From a virus, in UHGV virus genome UHGV-0382498: a DNA stretch of 7,173 bases. One strand, written 5' to 3'. Each line of letters begins with the position of its first letter. Position 1 is the stretch's first letter. The position numbers were made by a program, and so were the translations under genes. Below the pieces are notes generated by a model that was given only the letters and a program-made list of their open reading frames with translations, had not been told where the DNA came from and did not search any database. This document shows, piece after piece, positions 1-4,688 of the stretch.

Positions 1-122
1 CCTTTTTCCTTACGGGTATCTATGATGGTTTGGGCTCCTTGAATGTTCCGATTGCGTTTGCTCTTACGTTGTCTGTATCTCTGCTTGCAATCGGTTACTA
101 TCGGTTTAAATCTGGTAGTTAG
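1..122 (+). CDS. 3' end of an upstream ORF (frame 3, TAG at 120-122) encoding a hydrophobic C-terminal anchor, ...LNVPIAFALTLSVSLLAIGYYRFKSGS*
   Basis: Frame 3 is open from position 3 to TAG 120-122. The stop overlaps the AGGAGG (121-126) of the next gene. The peptide is a TM helix plus a short basic tail, like the C-terminal anchor of pIII-type proteins. The 5' end is outside the window. Confidence 0.35.
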   Translation, partial: FFLTGIYDGLGSLNVPIAFALTLSVSLLAIGYYRFKSGS

Positions 123-133
123 GAGGTATCTAC

Positions 134-352
134 ATGTTTAAGTTTTTTGAAGGAATTGTAGCTTTTTTAACAACCGCAATCAATTTCATTATCAACCTGT
201 TTGAGATGGTTGTACAGGTGGTTGTAAACGTGGGTCGTGGCATTGCCTGGCTCTTCGCCTGCCTTTCCTATCTTCCATCCTGGCTGGTTGCGTTTCTGGC
301 CGTCCCGGTTGCCCTGGCGGTTATATTCCAGATAATAAATAAGGGGTCTTGA
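134..352 (+). CDS. Small integral membrane protein (72 aa, two predicted TM helices); inovirus small virion or morphogenesis protein candidate
   Basis: The ORF starts with ATG 134 and has AGGAGG at 121-126 with a 7-nt spacer. The protein is strongly hydrophobic (FLTTAINFIINLF... and WLVAFLAVPVALAVIF). Its stop TGA 350-352 overlaps the start region of the next ORF. Confidence 0.6.
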   Translation: MFKFFEGIVAFLTTAINFIINLFEMVVQVVVNVGRGIAWLFACLSYLPSWLVAFLAVPVALAVIFQIINKGS

Positions 353-354
353 TT

Positions 355-594
355 ATGCGTGAGGTGATTACGTTTTGTGTTAATATTTTGGTGCACATTG
401 TAGAATGTTTGTTTGCTTTGGATATAGGAGGTTATAGCTTTGGTGATTTTCTTACGGCGTGTCTTGTTGTGTCGGTGTTCATATCTTCCCTTGTGGTATC
501 CTTCAAGGGGGCCGGCGGTTCCCCTGGTTCCGCTGTCCGACCGCCCAGGCCGCATAAACAATCGAAGAGCCGTTCATCTGGTAAGCCTGATTAG
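355..594 (+). CDS. Small membrane protein (79 aa from ATG 355) with a hydrophobic core (FLTACLVVSVFISSLVVSF) and a basic Pro/Arg/Lys-rich C-terminus; its layout resembles a coat or DNA-binding protein
   Basis: ATG 355 is preceded by AAGGGG (341-346). Hydrophobic then basic is the order seen in inovirus major coat proteins. It overlaps ORF 440-1405 out of frame for about 155 nt, so one of the two N-terminal assignments may be wrong. Confidence 0.4.
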   Translation: MREVITFCVNILVHIVECLFALDIGGYSFGDFLTACLVVSVFISSLVVSFKGAGGSPGSAVRPPRPHKQSKSRSSGKPD

Positions 595-1405
595 TGTGTT
601 CCTACTTATGTTTTCGGTTCCCGCTTATGCTTCGGTTGCTACGCCTTCCGAAGCGGAAAAAAAGGATACTTCCAATATACCTGTGTCTGGCTCTTTAAGT
701 GACGAGGAATGGGAAGAATTTCAAGAAAGGATGGAAGAAATAAATGGAAGTTCTGACGAAACTGGCTTATCAACCTTCGTTCTTGATGATGTATTTCTGG
801 ATTATATGTATTATCATTTCCGTGACCTCGCTGTTGCTGATATCGCATCTGCATCAAATGCTAAAAAGGCGCCTTTGGATGAAGTACAGGATGTGGATGG
901 CGTGTTGGAATCTGTTGTACCGTATGAAGATATATCCACATATTCGTTACTATCTGCCAATGCTGAGAATGATTATGTTAATTGCGTCCGTTTTGATTGC
1001 GTGGTTGATGGTACGCCGTGTACTCTCCTGTTCCCTTCCACTGACCGGGCGTCCCTTTTTATAGATTCCGATAAACAGCTCTGGAATGTGTCGGATTCCG
1101 TAGTTCAGGGCCTTGTGGTCTATGACAGTTTTGCTCCCAGGTCGGACGAAGGGACGTTGGTATTTATGGCCCCTTGCCTTGGCAATAACTTTTCAAATAA
1201 CCACAACTATGGAAGTCCCAATTACTTCCGCCGTTACTACTGGTCAGGTGGTTCTTATGACCGCCTGAGTTACACGGATACATATGTTATAGTTCGTGTT
1301 GAATCTGCGCCGTTCACGTTCTATTCGGATGATATTATCCAGTATGCTTGTATCCTGATTGGAGGTGCTATTCTGTTATGTTTATTGAAAAAGTCACTGC
1401 GTTAA
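440..1405 (+). CDS. pIII-like minor coat or adsorption protein candidate: a signal peptide (...RRAVHLVSLISVFLLMFSVPAYA|SVATPSEAE), an acidic extracellular domain and a C-terminal TM anchor (IIQYACILIGGAILLCLLKKSLR*)
   Basis: AGGAGG at 426-431 precedes TTG 440 and GTG 443. The core of the signal peptide is homologous to that of the ORF at 5958. The topology (N-terminal signal peptide plus C-terminal TM helix and basic tail) is that of filamentous-phage pIII/pVI-class virion proteins. The true start is uncertain: the signal-peptide n-region begins at an ATA codon (554), not an ATG. Confidence 0.7.
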   Translation: MVIFLRRVLLCRCSYLPLWYPSRGPAVPLVPLSDRPGRINNRRAVHLVSLISVFLLMFSVPAYASVATPSEAEKKDTSNIPVSGSLSDEEWEEFQERMEEINGSSDETGLSTFVLDDVFLDYMYYHFRDLAVADIASASNAKKAPLDEVQDVDGVLESVVPYEDISTYSLLSANAENDYVNCVRFDCVVDGTPCTLLFPSTDRASLFIDSDKQLWNVSDSVVQGLVVYDSFAPRSDEGTLVFMAPCLGNNFSNNHNYGSPNYFRRYYWSGGSYDRLSYTDTYVIVRVESAPFTFYSDDIIQYACILIGGAILLCLLKKSLR

Positions 1406-1524
1406 TCGGCCTTGTCCCTGTCCAGTTCGAACCGCTTGTATATGTGATGGGTTTTATCCTCTTCCTGTGGCTCATTGATGGGTTCTTATGGCTTGCAAAA
1501 TATCTGGTCTGCGGAGGTAGGTGA
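1378..1524 (+). CDS. Small hydrophobic protein, 48 aa (MFIEKVTALIGLVPVQFEPLVYVMGFILFLWLIDGFLWLAKYLVCGGR); below the 60-aa cutoff of the ORF track
   Basis: ATG 1378 has GGAGGTG at 1361-1367 with a 10-nt spacer. The sequence translates cleanly to TGA 1522-1524. It has a TM-like core and overlaps the 3' end of the pIII-like gene by 28 nt, which is typical compact phage gene packing. Confidence 0.5.
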   Translation: MFIEKVTALIGLVPVQFEPLVYVMGFILFLWLIDGFLWLAKYLVCGGR

Positions 1525-1529
1525 TTGAT

Positions 1530-1688
1530 GTGTTTTCGGAAGTCAATGTTGTCGTTGATTGGATTTTTACGCAACTCACCGTGTTTGCCCGTTTCCTTTG
1601 GAATGACTGCGCCTGGGTAGGGGTTTTGTTAATTGTTCTTCCCCTGGTCCGGCGAGTTATTAATATATTCAAACAAATTTTATCTTAA
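1530..1688 (+). CDS. Coat-like small protein, 52 aa from GTG 1530 (or 55 aa from GTG 1521), with an acidic N-terminus, a TM core and a basic C-terminus: MFSEVNVVVDWIFTQLTVFARFLWNDCAWVGVLLIVLPLVRRVINIFKQILS
   Basis: GGAGGT at 1513-1518 lies 11 nt before GTG 1530. Alternatively GTG 1521 overlaps the upstream stop as GTGA, a translational-coupling arrangement. Acidic N-terminus, hydrophobic core, Arg/Lys C-terminus is the major-coat (pVIII) or pVII/pIX pattern. It is missing from the ORF track because it is under 60 aa. Confidence 0.5.
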   Translation: MFSEVNVVVDWIFTQLTVFARFLWNDCAWVGVLLIVLPLVRRVINIFKQILS

Positions 1689-1704
1689 AAAGGAGGTATC
1701 TTTC

Positions 1705-1983
1705 ATGTTAAAAATCCGTTGTTTCCTTCGTAAGTATCGGGCCGTTCCTGTCACGTCTGTGGCGGTTGTGTCCATGTCGTTCCCGGCGTTTGCTAGTGAC
1801 GCTAGTCCGGCTGGCATGACTTCCCTGCTGGGTTCCTTCACGGAGGTGGCCGCGTGGATGTGGGCTGAGATTGGCAAGCTTCTTACTTGGGTTCTTGGCC
1901 AGCCTATCCTGCTCCTTGCAATGTCCCTGTTCTTTGTAGGGGCCATTGTATCATTCTTCATCCGTGTATTTCATTCTGTGTAA
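1705..1983 (+). CDS. Major coat protein precursor (pVIII-like), 92 aa: a Sec signal peptide (MLKIRCFLRKYRAVPVTSVAVVSMSFPAFA|SD...) and a 62-aa mature region with an acidic N-terminus, a TM helix and a basic C-terminus (IRVFHSV)
   Basis: AGGAGG at 1691-1696 lies 8 nt before ATG 1705. The signal peptide has a classic n/h/c structure with an AFA↓S cleavage motif. The mature region has the standard filamentous-phage major coat layout. An internal start within the longer track ORF 1633-1983 is preferred because of the RBS. Confidence 0.75.
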   Translation: MLKIRCFLRKYRAVPVTSVAVVSMSFPAFASDASPAGMTSLLGSFTEVAAWMWAEIGKLLTWVLGQPILLLAMSLFFVGAIVSFFIRVFHSV

Positions 1984-2162
1984 GGAGGTAATTGATTATG
2001 ACAGAACTTTTAAATGCGTTTACCCAGGTTGCGGCCTGGATGTGGTCTGAAATCGGCCTGCTTCTTGGCTGGATTCTGAACCAGCCTATCCTGCTCCTTG
2101 CAATGTCCCTGTTCTTTGTGGGGGCGATTGTATCCTTCTTCATCCGTGTATTCCACTCGGTT
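1838..2162 (+). repeat. Tandem direct duplication with a 182-bp period. The 3' roughly 80 nt of each unit (1900-1980 and 2082-2162) are near-identical with only synonymous-type differences, and the 5' halves have diverged.
   Basis: The 38-mer cagcctatcctgctccttgcaatgtccctgttctttgt occurs at both 1900 and 2082. The shadow ORFs on the minus strand (1680-1961, 1958-2143) repeat the same peptide (KNRDIARSRIGW). Confidence 0.85.
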
Positions 2163-2165
2163 TGA
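1998..2165 (+). CDS. Coat protein paralog without a signal peptide (55 aa, MTELLNAFTQVAAWMWSEIGLLLGWILNQPILLLAMSLFFVGAIVSFFIRVFHSV); its C-terminal 27 residues are identical to those of the upstream coat gene
   Basis: AGGAGG at 1983-1988 lies 9 nt before ATG 1998. It is a tandem duplicate of the mature part of 1705-1983. Signal-peptide-less major coat proteins are known (Pf3-type), so this is biologically plausible. It is under 60 aa and so absent from the track. Confidence 0.7.
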   Translation: MTELLNAFTQVAAWMWSEIGLLLGWILNQPILLLAMSLFFVGAIVSFFIRVFHSV

Positions 2166-2173
2166 TGCTTTAC

Positions 2174-2207
2174 TTCCTAGGGGTATAAAAGCCCCTAGGA
2201 ACCTTTT
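2174..2207 (+). terminator. Rho-independent terminator candidate after the coat genes: a perfect 10-bp inverted repeat TTCCTAGGGG-(TATAAAAG)-CCCCTAGGAA followed by CCTTTTGG
   Basis: There is a GC-rich 10-bp stem, an 8-nt loop and a short T-run 2 nt downstream. It sits where Ff-type phages carry the post-gene-VIII terminator. Confidence 0.55.
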
Positions 2208-2218
2208 GGAGGTTTGCT

Positions 2219-2377
2219 ATGATTGAGTTTCTAACTGCTTTTATGGATATATTTTTATACCCGGTATCCCTTACGATAGATTTTGAAAATCCCTTATACT
2301 ATGGCATGATTGCCATATTGGTTACGGCTGGTATTGTATGTATTGTTAGGAGGTTGATTATTGCATGTATATCATAG
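2219..2377 (+). CDS. Small membrane protein, 52 aa (MIEFLTAFMDIFLYPVSLTIDFENPLYYGMIAILVTAGIVCIVRRLIIACIS), immediately upstream of and overlapping the Zot gene
   Basis: GGAGG at 2208-2212 lies 6 nt before ATG 2219. It has a C-terminal TM helix and its stop TAG 2375-2377 overlaps the Zot start at 2365. It could be a pVI-like protein or the membrane partner of the TM-less Zot ATPase. It is under 60 aa and not in the track. Confidence 0.5.
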   Translation: MIEFLTAFMDIFLYPVSLTIDFENPLYYGMIAILVTAGIVCIVRRLIIACIS

Positions 2378-3123
2378 GTTTCATTATGGTTCTGCTGTTC
2401 TGCGTGTTCATGTTCTTTGCCTACCATGCGTTTAAGTATCGCAACCCTTACAAGCTCTATATGTGTTTTGGGCGCAAAGGTTCTGGCAAGACTACTCTTA
2501 TGACAAAGCTTGCTTTGCAATATCAAAAAAAGGGCTGGAATGTTTTCTGTGACCGTGAAATTCCCGGCTGTATACAGTTTGAAACAGAGGACTTCGGCCG
2601 CTATCAGTTCCCACCTAATTCCCTTATCCTGGTTGACGAAGTGGGGCTTGTCTGGGATAACCGCAACTTCAAAAACTTCCCTGAGCATGTAAAGGTATAT
2701 TTCAAATATCAGCGTCAATACCAACATGTTGTATACTTATTTAGCCAGTCCTTTGATATCGATAAAAAGATACGTGACCTCACCGACCATTTGTACATTG
2801 TCCAGAACTTTTTCAACTGTTTTTCGATTGCCCGGCGTGTAACTAAATCCCTCACCGTTGTCCATGCGGATAAATCATCCCAGGGTGAAAGCAAGATAGT
2901 TGATGATTATAACATTGACTCGTTATTGTTTGCCCCCTTCGGCTCAGTCCGCTTTACATACATACCAAAATATGCAAAATATTTCAAAAGCTTTGACCCT
3001 CCCCAGCTCCCATCCTTTGAGGGTTCCCCCCTCCCTGGATTGCCTGCCCTGAGCAAGCGCCAGACGCTGGTCGGCGCGGCGAAGGAAAGGCAGGAAATGC
3101 TGAGATTCTGGAAAAAGCACTGA
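2365..3123 (+). CDS. Zot-family (zonula occludens toxin / inovirus pI-like) P-loop NTPase, the phage assembly ATPase
   Basis: Walker A GRKGSGKT at residues 36-43, a Walker B-like hydrophobic strand ending in DE (SLILVDEV), the size and the position after the coat-gene cluster all match Zot (PF05707-type) N-terminal domains. AGGAGG lies 12 nt upstream. No C-terminal TM segment is present. Confidence 0.85.
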   Translation: MYIIGFIMVLLFCVFMFFAYHAFKYRNPYKLYMCFGRKGSGKTTLMTKLALQYQKKGWNVFCDREIPGCIQFETEDFGRYQFPPNSLILVDEVGLVWDNRNFKNFPEHVKVYFKYQRQYQHVVYLFSQSFDIDKKIRDLTDHLYIVQNFFNCFSIARRVTKSLTVVHADKSSQGESKIVDDYNIDSLLFAPFGSVRFTYIPKYAKYFKSFDPPQLPSFEGSPLPGLPALSKRQTLVGAAKERQEMLRFWKKH

Positions 3124-3124
3124 C

Positions 3125-3397
3125 CTACAACTTCACGTTTCCCTTAACGTCCCCAACAATGACGCCCTTGTTGTTGTCCCCTATAACAACTCCGTTGCTG
3201 TTCTGGACGTGTATTCCCGGCTTCTCTCCTGCCTGCATGTCCTGGGCTATTAGGTCTTTGATATATCCGCTCAGTTTTGTATATCCCTTTTTATTCATGT
3301 GCGCAATGACTTCTGGATACTCTTCTTCACGGATGTAGACTTTTACTGTTTTATATACTTCTTTGTTGTATTCTCTTATATATTCTTGTTTTTTCAT
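3125..3397 (-). CDS. Ribbon-helix-helix (Arc/MetJ/CopG-like) DNA-binding regulator, 90 aa from ATG 3397, with a Gly-rich repetitive C-terminal tail
   Basis: The N-terminus has an alternating beta-strand pattern (YKTVKVYIREEEY), followed by helix A (PEVIAHMNKKGY), a G-x-x-x-x-S turn and helix B (KLSGYIKDLIAQDM). AGGTGAGG precedes ATG 3397. A 12-bp perfect palindrome sits just upstream, so the gene may be autoregulated. The track ORF starts 11 codons earlier at 3430 without an RBS. Confidence 0.55.
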   Translation of the reverse strand: MKKQEYIREYNKEVYKTVKVYIREEEYPEVIAHMNKKGYTKLSGYIKDLIAQDMQAGEKPGIHVQNSNGVVIGDNNKGVIVGDVKGNVKL

Positions 3398-3406
3398 AAC
3401 CTCACC

Positions 3407-3484
3407 TATAGGCCTATATACAAAATTCACATATATAGGGCTATATATTTAGTATATATGCCTATATACATATAGTCCTATATA
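3407..3484. promoter_or_regulatory. Operator/iteron array: four imperfect 14-bp repeats of TATAG(G/T)(G/C)CTATATA at 3407, 3434, 3455 and 3471. The first is the perfect palindrome TATAGGCCTATA (3407-3418). The array lies in the divergent region between the RHH gene and the + strand ORF 3628.
   Basis: The repeats can be read directly from the sequence. They sit upstream of the RHH gene's RBS and are spaced 27, 21 and 16 bp apart. RHH repressors typically bind tandem or palindromic sites of this kind. Confidence 0.5.
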
Positions 3485-3627
3485 TGTTATACTGTAGTTA
3501 CAAGTTAATAAATGATACTTAAAGTTCCAGTAGCAATGAGAACATGGCAGTGTAGTAGTGAGAACTGGACATTAGGTATCAACCTAAGTATAGCAAACGA
3601 TTCAAGAATTTGAAAGGGGAAAATGAT

Positions 3628-3801
3628 ATGACCAAAAAGGAAAAACAGGTTTTTCAGAACTACAAGGATATTGCCAGTAGTAAGTTGGTGGAAGCGTTCA
3701 ATTCTGGTGATGCTGATGCAATTACCAGGGCAACGGATTCATTCGTTCAGCTTACTTCCCTCTGGGATGAACTTAACAACATAGTGGAACAAGGGGCCTA
3801 G
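3628..3801 (+). CDS. Small acidic, helical protein, 57 aa (MTKKEKQVFQNYKDIASSKLVEAFNSGDADAITRATDSFVQLTSLWDELNNIVEQGA); function unknown, possibly a regulator
   Basis: ATG 3628 has AAGGGG at 3613-3618 with a 9-nt spacer. It is divergent from the RHH gene across the iteron array. A short hairpin (AAGGGGC-cta-GCCCCTT, 3791-3807) overlaps its stop. Confidence 0.45.
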   Translation: MTKKEKQVFQNYKDIASSKLVEAFNSGDADAITRATDSFVQLTSLWDELNNIVEQGA

Positions 3802-3961
3802 CCCCTTCCCCTTTAAAGCTACTGCCCTTTGGGTAACGGTCACAAGTCCGTGTAAAAGCTGAGTGAAGGTTTTGGATGAATGTAGCGATTGTTCCGATTA
3901 AGTAAATCATTGCATTGATTGCCATTCCAATACCTAAGATAAAGTATTTTATTAAATCCAT
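3773..3961 (-). CDS. Small membrane protein, 62 aa (MDLIKYFILGIGMAINAMIYLIGTIATFIQNLHSAF...), on the minus strand with a strong RBS
   Basis: The reverse complement of 3966-3975 is AAGGAGGTGA, placed 5 nt before ATG at 3961-3959. The N-terminal 36 aa form a TM segment. The C-terminal third reads through the hairpin at 3791-3807 and is low-complexity. A degenerate copy of the iteron motif (ATATGGCCTATAT, 3983-3995) lies just upstream. Confidence 0.45.
   Translation of the reverse strand: MDLIKYFILGIGMAINAMIYLIGTIATFIQNLHSAFTRTCDRYPKGSSFKGEGARPLVPLCC
3791..3815. terminator. Short hairpin AAGGGGC/GCCCCTT (7-bp stem, 3-nt loop) followed by CCCCTTTAAAG; a weak candidate terminator for ORF 3628-3801
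   Basis: The inverted repeat can be seen directly in the sequence. The T-tract is short and the loop minimal, so this is a weak call. The minus-strand ORF 3773-3961 reads through it. Confidence 0.25.
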
Positions 3962-4102
3962 GTTTTCACCTCCTTGGTGTGATATGGCCTATATGGTGGG
4001 TGGGGTTTCTTTTTTGTGGTACATCTAGTATACCCCCTCCCATATCTGTAATCAATTACATATTTGTTACGGTTGGTTACATTTTGTTTAAGCGGTCTGT
4101 TT

Positions 4103-4126
4103 GTCAATTGCTATTGAGAAATTGAC
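4103..4126. promoter_or_regulatory. Inverted repeat GTCAATT-(10 nt)-AATTGAC in the 3962-4219 intergenic region, overlapping TTGACA-like hexamers on both strands; operator or promoter candidate
   Basis: This is a sequence observation only. A palindrome CGCCCTGGGCG lies nearby at 4171-4181 and a 5-bp hairpin GGCAG/CTGCC at 4138-4153. Confidence 0.25.
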
Positions 4127-4219
4127 GGTTGGATTTAGGCAGAAATACTGCCCTCCCAGGTTGATGTAAACGCCCTGGGCGGTACGTTGATAATAGAATA
4201 TTGAAAGGAAGGTAATTTT

Positions 4220-4465
4220 ATGAAAGTTAAGGTATTAGGTATTCAGTCTGTTGATTATGTCAGCCGTAAGACTGGTAATCCCGTTAAGGGGGTTACACTG
4301 CATTCGGCATTTAAGGATGCGCAGGTGGAAGGGGAATCCGTTTCCTCTATCTTTGTCAGCGACAACTTGAATCTTAAGTGTGTCGCTGAGATTCGTCCCG
4401 GTATGCTGGTGGATGTGGAATACAATAACCGTGGCTATGTCTGTGATTTGGCTATCTGTAAGTAA
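4220..4465 (+). CDS. Hypothetical 81-aa protein immediately upstream of rep. It could be the ssDNA-binding (pV-like) protein, but that rests on size and position only.
   Basis: AAGGAAGG at 4207-4214 lies 5 nt before ATG 4220. The predicted beta-rich composition (MKVKVLGIQSVDYVSRKTGNPVKGVTLH...) and roughly 80-aa size resemble gene-V-type proteins. There is no motif-level proof. Confidence 0.5.
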   Translation: MKVKVLGIQSVDYVSRKTGNPVKGVTLHSAFKDAQVEGESVSSIFVSDNLNLKCVAEIRPGMLVDVEYNNRGYVCDLAICK

Positions 4466-4490
4466 TCTGCTTTTTTGCATTTCTCCTTTA

Positions 4491-4666
4491 GCTGGCTGTC
4501 CTGTCCTGGTCCAGCCAGCCCCTTGCGGACAATATCCGCATTTCCTTGTCTACTCTCAGTTCCAAGCCAGCCAGCGGTTTTGATTCGTCATTACGTGGAA
4601 TGCCTACGTTCTGCCATTTCCCCGCTGGGGATGGCTTGTAAAACCCCCGTAGGGTAATACGGGGGT
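4491..4666. promoter_or_regulatory. Structured intergenic region upstream of rep. It has a hairpin GCTGGCTG-(13 nt)-CAGCCAGC (4491-4519), a second CAGCCAGC copy (4568-4575), a hairpin GCGGA-caata-TCCGC (4525-4539) and a strong hairpin ACCCCCGTA-GGGTAA-TACGGGGGT (4643-4666) 12 nt before the rep RBS.
   Basis: The inverted repeats were read from the sequence. There is no long ORF with an RBS; the track ORFs 4380-4583 and 4475-4657 span these hairpins and are probably spurious. This is a candidate origin, packaging signal or attenuator. Confidence 0.4.
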
Positions 4667-4688
4667 ACTAAATACATTGGAGGTTGGG

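Noticed and set aside
744-1064. 106-aa + strand ORF in an alternative frame inside the pIII-like gene, and minus ORF 639-857
   Set aside because: Both are embedded in a well-supported CDS. They lack an RBS and their composition is odd (Met/Trp/Arg-rich).
1528-1620. ATG 1528 starting a 30-aa ORF (MCFRKSMLSLIGFLRNSPCLPVSFGMTAPG) in frame 1
   Set aside because: The overlapping frame-0 ORF from GTG 1530 (or 1521) is longer, has coat-protein-like architecture and fits the RBS spacing better.
1680-2143. Minus-strand ORFs 1680-1961 (93 aa) and 1958-2143 (61 aa), which look like paralogs (both contain KNRDIARSRIGW)
   Set aside because: They are the antisense shadow of the duplicated coat genes. Their similarity only reflects the + strand tandem repeat, and neither has an RBS.
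1838-2162. Possible CRISPR or other array, because of the repeated roughly 80-bp units
   Set aside because: There are only two copies and both are protein-coding in frame. There are no spacer-repeat alternations and no cas genes, so this is a tandem gene duplication.
2299-2727. 142-aa minus-strand ORF overlapping the Zot gene, and the 60-aa + ORF 2510-2692
   Set aside because: The first is antisense to the strongly supported Zot CDS and the second is in an alternative frame of it. Neither has an RBS, and neither translation is protein-like.
3995-4019. A G-rich run GGTGGGTGGGG followed by a T-tract, as a possible G-quadruplex or terminator
   Set aside because: It has only three G-runs, which is too few for a canonical G4, and no stem precedes the T-tract. 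It is probably just promoter-region sequence for the minus-strand small gene.
4380-4657. Track ORFs 4380-4583 and 4475-4657 in the intergenic region between ORF 4220 and rep
   Set aside because: They use TTG starts without an RBS. The region is dominated by inverted repeats and GC-rich hairpins that are better explained as origin or regulatory structure.
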